Shown here: positions 28,333 through 35,168 of the stretch, one piece after another
How positions within the stretch are numbered: the stretch's first letter is position 1
How the letters are laid out: each line of letters opens with the position of its first letter
From: Aciduliprofundum sp.
GTDB taxonomy: Archaea; Thermoplasmatota; Thermoplasmata; Thermoplasmatales; ARK-15
DNA length: 35,168 bases
Direction of reading: 5' to 3'
NCBI GenBank assembly: GCA_002878135.1
Contig: PNIT01000043.1
Span: forward strand, 1 to 35,168
Made by a program: the position numbers and the translations under genes
The notes under the pieces: model-generated
Database searches by the model: none
Seen by the model: the letters and a program-made list of their open reading frames with translations, nothing else
What the model was told of the DNA's origin: nothing

Positions 28333-29724
28333 ATGCTTGAATATAGAACTGTATCACAGATAGCGGGTCCTCTTCTTTTTGTGGAGAACGTTGAGAATGC
28401 AGGATACAATGAGCTGGTGGAAATAACATTACCCAATGGTGAAAAGAAGAGTGGTCAGGTGCTTGATACAAGGAAGGGACTCGCAATAGTACAGGTATTC
28501 GGGCCAACCACGGGCCTTGATGTCCCAAATACAAGTGTAAAATTCCTTGGGGATATAGTAAGGCTACCTGTGAGCGATGAGATGCTGGGGAGGGTCTTTG
28601 ATGGACTTGGAAATCCCAGGGATGGTGGTGGACCCCTACTCTCAAAGGAGAAGATGGAGATAGTTGGCTATGCCATAAATCCATATGCAAGGGATGAGCC
28701 TTCTGAGTTCATACAGACAGGAATATCTGCCATAGATGGTATGAACACCCTGGTAAGGGGGCAGAAGCTTCCCATATTCTCAGCCTCCGGTCTGCCACAC
28801 AATGATATTGCAGCACAGATAGCAAGGCAATCAAAGGTTCTAGGTGAGGGTGAAAATTTTGCTGTCATATTTGCAGCCATGGGTATCACAAGTGAGGAAG
28901 CCAACTTCTTCATAGAGAGTTTCAGATCCACAGGTGCATTTGAAAGGGCTGTTATGTTCCTCAATCTGGCCTCGGATCCCAGCATGGAAAGGATAATTAC
29001 GCCGAGGATGGCGCTCACTGCCGCAGAATACCTTGCCTTTGAGAGGGATCTTCACGTGCTAGTGGTGCTGACTGATATGACAAATTATTGTGAGGCCCTG
29101 AGGGAGATTTCCGCTGCAAGGGAGGAGGTACCTGGAAGAAGGGGATACCCTGGATACATGTACACGGATCTTGCCACCATATATGAAAGGGCAGGGAGAA
29201 TAAAGGGAAAGAAGGGGTCAGTGACACAATTCCCAATACTCACCATGCCCGGGGACGACATTACGCATCCAATACCCGATCTCACAGGTTACATAACAGA
29301 GGGTCAGGTGGTATTATCGAGGGATCTCTTCCACAGGGGTATATATCCACCCATAGATGTACTGCTGAGCCTTTCCAGGCTGATGAACCAGGGTATAGGG
29401 AAGGGAAAAACAAGGGAGGATCACAGGGGTGTTGCCGATCAGCTCTATTCATCCTATGCCAGGGGCAGGGATCTGAGGAGCCTGAGTGCAATAGTGGGTG
29501 AGGGTGCACTCACACCAGAGGATAGGAAATTCCTTCACTTTGCCGACATATTTGAGAGGAGGTTCATAGGGCAGGGAAAGGATGAGGACAGGAGCATAGA
29601 GACAACATTGAACCTTGGATGGGAACTGCTTGCTGAGATACCGGAAAGCGAGCTAAAGAGGGTGAAGAAGGAACACATAGAGAAATATGGAAGGAGGTAC
29701 AGAAAGGAAGATGCCAATCAGTAA
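28333..29724 (+). CDS. atpB: A-type ATP synthase subunit B
   Basis: [44 protein letters not shown]. Confidence 0.98.
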   Translation: MLEYRTVSQIAGPLLFVENVENAGYNELVEITLPNGEKKSGQVLDTRKGLAIVQVFGPTTGLDVPNTSVKFLGDIVRLPVSDEMLGRVFDGLGNPRDGGGPLLSKEKMEIVGYAINPYARDEPSEFIQTGISAIDGMNTLVRGQKLPIFSASGLPHNDIAAQIARQSKVLGEGENFAVIFAAMGITSEEANFFIESFRSTGAFERAVMFLNLASDPSMERIITPRMALTAAEYLAFERDLHVLVVLTDMTNYCEALREISAAREEVPGRRGYPGYMYTDLATIYERAGRIKGKKGSVTQFPILTMPGDDITHPIPDLTGYITEGQVVLSRDLFHRGIYPPIDVLLSLSRLMNQGIGKGKTREDHRGVADQLYSSYARGRDLRSLSAIVGEGALTPEDRKFLHFADIFERRFIGQGKDEDRSIETTLNLGWELLAEIPESELKRVKKEHIEKYGRRYRKEDANQ

Positions 29725-30364
29725 CATTAAGCCAACAAGGATGGAACTCCTGAAACTTAAGAAGAGGATAGCGCTTGCCAGGAGAGGTCTTGAGCTCCTC
29801 AAGTTTAAGAGGGCAGCGCTTGTTATGGAATTCTTCAAGCTCCTCCAGAGGTCTAAGAACCTGAGGACAAATCTTGAGGAGATCTCAAGAAAGGCGTATG
29901 AAACAGTAAAGATAGCAGAGATTTACCATGGATCCACAGGCATAGAGAATGCTACCATGATGGTGAGAAAGATGCAGGGTATTTCCCTGAAAACAAGAAA
30001 TGTGATGGGTATAAGGATACCTGAGCTGGGTAAAAAATCCATAGAGGGTCTTATAGATCCAAAATACAGGATGATCATACTCTCTGCGAAGATAGATCAA
30101 TCCATAAATGATTTTGAGAGGTTCCACGAAACAATACTTGAGATAGCTGAGGTGGAAAACTCCATTAGAAGGCTTCTTGCTGAGATAGAGAAAACAAACA
30201 GGAGGTCAAACGCCATAGAGAATGTCTTGATACCTGAACTTGAGAGGCAGGCCACCTACCTTAAGATGAAGTTTGATGAGATGGAAAGGGATACATTCGT
30301 TACGCTTAAAAAGATAAAAAAGAACCTGGAGAAGAGAGAAAATGTGGAAAATGTGGCTTATTAA
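29711..30364 (+). CDS. atpD: A-type ATP synthase subunit D
   Basis: [40 protein letters not shown]. Confidence 0.95.
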   Translation: MPISNIKPTRMELLKLKKRIALARRGLELLKFKRAALVMEFFKLLQRSKNLRTNLEEISRKAYETVKIAEIYHGSTGIENATMMVRKMQGISLKTRNVMGIRIPELGKKSIEGLIDPKYRMIILSAKIDQSINDFERFHETILEIAEVENSIRRLLAEIEKTNRRSNAIENVLIPELERQATYLKMKFDEMERDTFVTLKKIKKNLEKRENVENVAY

Positions 30365-30434
30365 GAACATATGGCTTGTTAATCTGATAGCGGTCATGAT
30401 ATTCATGATAATACTTATAATGCTGGTGGTGTAA
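30342..30434 (+). CDS. Putative 27-30 aa single-TM microprotein within the ATP synthase operon (not in ORF track)
   Basis: [30 protein letters not shown]. It overlaps the atpD end and spans the 70-nt D-H gap, and its TAA directly precedes the subunit H ATG. Confidence 0.5.
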   Translation: MWKMWLIKNIWLVNLIAVMIFMIILIMLVV

Positions 30435-30770
30435 ATGGAGAATATAAATGAAGGCCTAAGAAAAATAAAGGAGATGGAGGAATACGTAACAAGAATGGTG
30501 AATGAGGAGAATGAAAAATCTCAGAGGGAAATTGAAGATGCAAAGAGGAAGGCTGAGGAAATAATATCAAATGCTATGAAGGAGCTTGAAAATCTGAAGA
30601 ATGCCATGCTGGAAGAGTACAGGAAAAATATAGAGAAAACAATAAATGAGATAAGGAATGAATGGAACATTAAGATGGAGAAATTGAAAAAAATAACTCT
30701 TGATGATGATTCTCTATTAGCCATAGCCAAAAGTATTCTGGAAGGTGAAGATGGTGCTAAGGCCCGTTAA
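30435..30770 (+). CDS. atpH: A-type ATP synthase subunit H (G-like peripheral stalk)
   Basis: 111 aa charged coiled coil (IEDAKRKAEEII) directly before subunit I. Confidence 0.8.
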   Translation: MENINEGLRKIKEMEEYVTRMVNEENEKSQREIEDAKRKAEEIISNAMKELENLKNAMLEEYRKNIEKTINEIRNEWNIKMEKLKKITLDDDSLLAIAKSILEGEDGAKAR

Positions 30771-32706
30771 GATGTCAAAGATATACATCATTTCCCTGAT
30801 AGATTACAGGGAGTCCATTATTGACTATCTACATGAGAGGGGTGTAATACAGGTAGAGAATGTTGATAGGGAAATATCAAGATATCTGGACAGGTATGTT
30901 CAGGAGGATTCCAGAGGGATATCTGAACAGTATGTGAGGTTCAAGGGTCTTGAGAAATATCTTGTGCCCCATGAAATTAGGAAAAGGTATAGATTCAAAG
31001 ATCTCGATGATCTACTTTCCAGGATAAGGGAAATAAATATAGACGATGATGTACAGTCCATAAGGAATAAACTTGAGGAGATAAAGACCAAGATTAAGGC
31101 ACTTGAGAATAACCTCGAGAGCCTTGAGATCCTTAGAAAATTAGGCATAGATGCAAGCAACCTGGATTCAAGAAACATATTCTTCTTCATAGGAAGGATA
31201 GAGATAGAGGAAAAGGAAAGGTTTGAAGATGAGCTCAAGAATAGCAATCTGATATACAGGCTCTCAAGCGACCATTACCTTGAGTTCTTTGTAACGGGTC
31301 CCGCAAAACTGGAGGGAAAGGCACTTGAGATTCTCAACAGATACCATGCATCAATTCTTCAGCTTGATAGGTTTGATGGTAAAACGGATGAATTAATAGG
31401 GAAGATAAAGGATGAGATAAGGGGATTGAAAAATATTGAGGAGGATTTAAGAAAAGAACTGGAGGACATATCCAGGGAATATTACGATATTGTATGCGCC
31501 ATATCAGAGGAACTTGAGATATTTATGAAAAAGAATGAGGTAAAGACTAGGATTGCCTATGGAAAGAATGTTTTTGCAATAACGGGCTGGATACCCGACA
31601 GGGAGTTTGAGAAAATTAGGGAAGAGCTGGAAAAGATGACATCAAATAGTATACTGATGGGGAGGGTAAAAACTGATGAAGAACCTCCCACATTACTTGA
31701 AAACCCCAAAAAAATAAAATTCTTCGAATTTTTTGTAAAATTCTATTCATTGCCAAACTCACTTGAGATTGATCCAACCGTAATATTTTCCATAATTTTC
31801 CCTATATTCTTTGGTTTTATGCTCGGCGATGTTGGTTATGCAGTTATAATACTAATTTTCTCACTATGGTTGCTCAGAAAGGTAACAAGACCTAGCAAAA
31901 GGAGCCTCCTTCCCAGATCCCTCAGGAATTTTGCAAGGACTATGATGTCAAATTACAGCTGGGGGATGCTAGCCAGGGCCATGATATTCGGCTCATTATG
32001 GGGCATAGTATTCGGTATAATATTCAACGAATACTTTGGTATACAGCTTCCATATGCTCCACTGCTTGATCCCGTGAAGGAGGTATCAAAGCTTCTCTTA
32101 ATAACAGCCTGGATAGGTGTGATATACGTTACATACGGCCTTATACTTGGTGCCATCAACCATTACTCAATGTACAGATATTACGGTGAAAAGGGGAAGG
32201 CGCATCTGAGGGGGATGTACGGCAGGATAGGCTGGATTCTCATCACATGGGGTTTCACACTCTTTGGCCTATGGCTTCTCAAATGGCCACCCGTTTACGG
32301 CCTGGGCAATATACTTGGTGTATATGCTGGCATATCACTTCTCGTTGCCGGAACTGCGCTCATACTCTACGGTGAGGGTATATTCTCAGTTATGGAGATG
32401 GCTTCCATAATAAGCCATGTCCTCTCATTCACGAGGATTATGGGTGTACTCCTTGCAGCCGTTATACTTGCATCTGTTCTTGATAACATATTCCTCCATG
32501 CATATAGATATGGTGTATTATCACACATTGCCATTGCATTCCTTGTACTCATAGTTGGCCATGGCGTAAACATACTCATTGCAATATTTGAACCTGGCAT
32601 ACAGGGGGCAAGGTTACACTATGTTGAATTCTTTTCCAAATTTTTCCATGGGAACGGCAGACCTTTCATGCCATTTGCATCCAGGAGGAGATTCACAGAG
32701 AAATAA
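30751..32706 (+). CDS. atpI: A-type ATP synthase subunit I (a)
   Basis: RPVKMSK, ITGWIP, PPTLLENP, EIDPT, FGFMLGDVGY, SHVLSFTRI, ARLHYVEFFSKF. Confidence 0.96.
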   Translation: MVLRPVKMSKIYIISLIDYRESIIDYLHERGVIQVENVDREISRYLDRYVQEDSRGISEQYVRFKGLEKYLVPHEIRKRYRFKDLDDLLSRIREINIDDDVQSIRNKLEEIKTKIKALENNLESLEILRKLGIDASNLDSRNIFFFIGRIEIEEKERFEDELKNSNLIYRLSSDHYLEFFVTGPAKLEGKALEILNRYHASILQLDRFDGKTDELIGKIKDEIRGLKNIEEDLRKELEDISREYYDIVCAISEELEIFMKKNEVKTRIAYGKNVFAITGWIPDREFEKIREELEKMTSNSILMGRVKTDEEPPTLLENPKKIKFFEFFVKFYSLPNSLEIDPTVIFSIIFPIFFGFMLGDVGYAVIILIFSLWLLRKVTRPSKRSLLPRSLRNFARTMMSNYSWGMLARAMIFGSLWGIVFGIIFNEYFGIQLPYAPLLDPVKEVSKLLLITAWIGVIYVTYGLILGAINHYSMYRYYGEKGKAHLRGMYGRIGWILITWGFTLFGLWLLKWPPVYGLGNILGVYAGISLLVAGTALILYGEGIFSVMEMASIISHVLSFTRIMGVLLAAVILASVLDNIFLHAYRYGVLSHIAIAFLVLIVGHGVNILIAIFEPGIQGARLHYVEFFSKFFHGNGRPFMPFASRRRFTEK

Positions 32707-32707
32707 T

Positions 32708-33676
32708 CTATATGGAGATACCAAGCACAGAATGTATCACATTTCCTATGAGATATGTGCTCAGGGCAGCAAATACAGTGAGTGAAACTGTCCTTAGAAG
32801 GCTTTTCAATATGGGTGTGTCTGAAAGTATGGAAATCATGATGCTTGTTATTGACTGTGCAGTCACAACAAGTATGAATGATAATACAACTGCCAGGTTA
32901 CCACCCAGGAAAAGGAATGGTAATATTGGGAATATTGCGCCAAGTATGTAGAAAAGGCCCGTATTTATTGCGGATGAAAGTGGATTGGAGTACACCTTCT
33001 TTTCCTCTTCCATAACCTCACCAGTTACCCTTGACTTGAGCGTTTCAATCCTCACCCTTGATTCCCTGTAGTCCTTCTCAGCCTTCACAGAGAGGTATGC
33101 CCCTATTGCCATTGAAAGGCTTCCAGATATGCCCACCACAAGGCCGCCAATTGCAACATAAAGTGGAACAATGAGCACGGGTGCAAGTCCAGCCACTGAG
33201 GCAAGAACCTCAACCAGACCATCGGACATGCCATACACAGCATCCCTTATTTTCTCTGTTCTCCTTGCAACAAGCTCCTCCCTGTGCTCAAAAAAATCCT
33301 CATGGTAAATCTCATCAACTATGATCGCCCTAAGCCTTTCCCTGTATTCCTCTGGGACCATGTTCCCCTCAAGCATCCTTATATATGATTCTATGGCCCT
33401 CTTCTCACCCCTTTCAAGAATCTTGAGTGTGATTGATAGACCAAGGAGCCTGCGCAATAGGAGTGATATATGAACGCTGAATCTCGGCACTGCCTCCCTC
33501 TTATTCCTCAGCATGGATAGGAAGAATCTTGCGTGCTCCCTCTCCATTGCAGATAATTTCCTGAGGGATTCCCTGAGCTCCTCATCCTTTTCAATCTCAG
33601 CCAACTTTGAATAGAATAGATAATCCTTCATCTCCCCCCTATAGTATTTGTAGGTGATTGATTCAAAATCTTCCAT
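32708..33676 (-). CDS. Rubrerythrin-like di-iron domain fused to VIT1/CCC1 transporter
   Basis: ExxH pairs EREH and EIYH, then RDAVYGMSDGL, SMAIGAYLS and PILPF. The start is at MEDFES. Confidence 0.9.
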   Translation of the reverse strand: MEDFESITYKYYRGEMKDYLFYSKLAEIEKDEELRESLRKLSAMEREHARFFLSMLRNKREAVPRFSVHISLLLRRLLGLSITLKILERGEKRAIESYIRMLEGNMVPEEYRERLRAIIVDEIYHEDFFEHREELVARRTEKIRDAVYGMSDGLVEVLASVAGLAPVLIVPLYVAIGGLVVGISGSLSMAIGAYLSVKAEKDYRESRVRIETLKSRVTGEVMEEEKKVYSNPLSSAINTGLFYILGAIFPILPFLFLGGNLAVVLSFILVVTAQSITSIMISILSDTPILKSLLRTVSLTVFAALSTYLIGNVIHSVLGISI

Positions 33677-34190
33677 ACCCTTCCACCACCATCTCCAGAT
33701 ATGACCTTCTTTCAAACTTTTCAAGGGAAAGTTTTCTAGCAATCTCGAACAACCTTTCCTTTCCCCTTTCATAATCACCATGGGTTTCAAGCTCAACAAA
33801 GGTCCCCAGACCCTCCACTGAATCTATTGAGATCTCAACCCCTTCAAGCATATATCTTCTCCTTATCTTCCTTATTCTTGCAACTGGTGAGAATCCAAGA
33901 CCTATGAGTATGCCCCTCATATCACCGTTCACCCTCGATTCAATCTCCATCCTTGTTTTTGTCTCAAGATCAATCCTTTTGCCCTTATAGGTAATGATTG
34001 ATGATCCACCTGTTTTCCTCAGCCTCAGGGCCTCATCTGTATACCTGAAATCCCTGCAGGGGTGGTTAAAATACTCATCCTCCTGCACCTCCTCACCAAT
34101 ATATTCCCCTCCCATATCCCTTACCTTCTTTTCAAACTCCTCAGGTTCAGATATGGGGGCCTTGATCTCAATCTCAAGTTCATTCTCCAC
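33663..34190 (-). CDS. cyaB: CYTH domain protein / class IV adenylate cyclase-like
   Basis: EIEIK, QEDEYF, DEALRLR, TYKG, GLGTFVELE, RSYLE. Confidence 0.9.
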   Translation of the reverse strand: MENELEIEIKAPISEPEEFEKKVRDMGGEYIGEEVQEDEYFNHPCRDFRYTDEALRLRKTGGSSIITYKGKRIDLETKTRMEIESRVNGDMRGILIGLGFSPVARIRKIRRRYMLEGVEISIDSVEGLGTFVELETHGDYERGKERLFEIARKLSLEKFERRSYLEMVVEGYGRF

Positions 34191-34193
34191 CCA

Positions 34194-34655
34194 TCAGGCA
34201 CCCCCTTTAAGTTCCTTGTCTGTATCAAAAACTTCCCTGTTAAGTTTCTTTCCCGCATAGTGAAGAATGACGAATAAAATAATTGAGACTATTATACCGG
34301 CTATCCAGGTGTAAATGCTGTTCAGATCCATCAAGAAAAAAACGTGCAGTATGAGCAGTATATCAACAAGTATGATTATGAATATGAAAAGCGCAAGGAT
34401 GAATGTGAGGACAAGAAGTGTGCCAGTAAGTACAATGAAATATAGGACAGGTTCAAGGCTATGGATGTTTATGCCAAAGAAATAATAGTTTAACCCTATG
34501 AATACAAGCCCAGATATTAGTATGCCCAATAGTATGTACCTTATTGACCTTAGGTATGCAATGGCTTCAAGGGCAGCAATTGCAACAAGAACCGTGAAGA
34601 GTATTAGCAAACCTGGACTTGATTCCAATAGGGAGAGGATCCCCTGATAGCTCAT
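34194..34655 (-). CDS. Hypothetical integral membrane protein
   Basis: 153 aa with about 5 hydrophobic helices; ATGA overlap with the upstream gene. Confidence 0.65.
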   Translation of the reverse strand: MSYQGILSLLESSPGLLILFTVLVAIAALEAIAYLRSIRYILLGILISGLVFIGLNYYFFGINIHSLEPVLYFIVLTGTLLVLTFILALFIFIIILVDILLILHVFFLMDLNSIYTWIAGIIVSIILFVILHYAGKKLNREVFDTDKELKGGA

Positions 34656-35116
34656 ACCTCCTCACCCCTGATCATGTATATTCTCCTCTTCAACCTGACA
34701 AAGAGTGTGAAGGTGAGAAGAGAAATTATGAAAAATACTATGATTGCCACAGCTATGTAAAGGGATGAAATTATTATCAATGGTAAAAATATCAACAGAT
34801 AGCCTATGAGTATAAGGTTAATCACCGTTATGGAATAGCCATTCTTCAATGCAAGGTAAAAGAATGGCATGAAAATAAGGGATGAAAGGATGCCGGCCAG
34901 TACTATTCTCTTATCAATAAAATATGAGTTGAGCGTAGCATAGAGATAGATTTCAATGATTATGAAAGAGATTAGGAAGATCCATTTGAAATATCTGGAA
35001 AAAATTACAAGTATTAATGATATAAATATGAGTACAATACCAGTTATTGTGCTGTTCTGATAGAGGTATGACAGCATTGAGGTCAATGTGTGAGGAAGCT
35101 GTATCGGATATTGCAT
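34652..35116 (-). CDS. Hypothetical integral membrane protein
   Basis: 154 aa with about 5 hydrophobic helices; an AT-rich promoter-like region lies upstream. Confidence 0.65.
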   Translation of the reverse strand: MQYPIQLPHTLTSMLSYLYQNSTITGIVLIFISLILVIFSRYFKWIFLISFIIIEIYLYATLNSYFIDKRIVLAGILSSLIFMPFFYLALKNGYSITVINLILIGYLLIFLPLIIISSLYIAVAIIVFFIISLLTFTLFVRLKRRIYMIRGEEV

Positions 35117-35168
35117 ATTTTATTGAATAAAAAGGATGTTTAAAAATTTATTCAAAAAAAGAGTGTGA

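Noticed and set aside
35123..35155. Inverted repeat TTGAATAAA-N15-TTTATTCAA (and TTTTATTT-G-AAATAAAA at 24287-24303)
   Set aside because: These are almost entirely A/T within AT-rich promoters and plausible by chance.
1..35168. CRISPR array, defence island or frameshifted pseudogenes
   Set aside because: No regularly spaced direct repeats, no cas/toxin/restriction genes and no broken reading frames were seen. The intergenic gaps are too short to hold an array.

Overview
A densely packed archaeal housekeeping region, most consistent with a Thermoplasmata lineage. The ATP synthase order K-E-C-F-A-B-D-H-I, folC and a Ta0216-like radical SAM gene point that way, while a PAN gene argues against Thermoplasma itself. 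About 40 CDS are present: sirtuin-SDR-Ntn hydrolase, radical SAM, SemiSWEET/MFS, cdc6, cysS-folC-hflX, Mut7-C-pelota, HemK-pcm-gap-radA, S19e-PDCD5-L39e-L31e-aIF6, CDF-gfcR, aMBF1/pan, sepF, a complete A1AO ATP synthase operon, rubrerythrin-VIT1 and cyaB, plus tRNA-Ala(CGC). Several items are missing from the ORF track or unexpected: (1) a complete box C/D guide sRNA between two convergent stop codons, with guides matching 23S helix 69 and a pre-tRNA-Met exon/intron junction; (2) a 30-codon hydrophobic ORF inside the ATP synthase operon, in frame with subunit H and separated from it by one TAA; (3) a possible arcadin-1-like protein; (4) a bacterial-type class I GAPDH; (5) an IS200/IS605-like hairpin at the left edge; (6) several candidate operators. 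No CRISPR array, transposase, integrase or intein was seen. All family calls come from motif recognition, not database searches.
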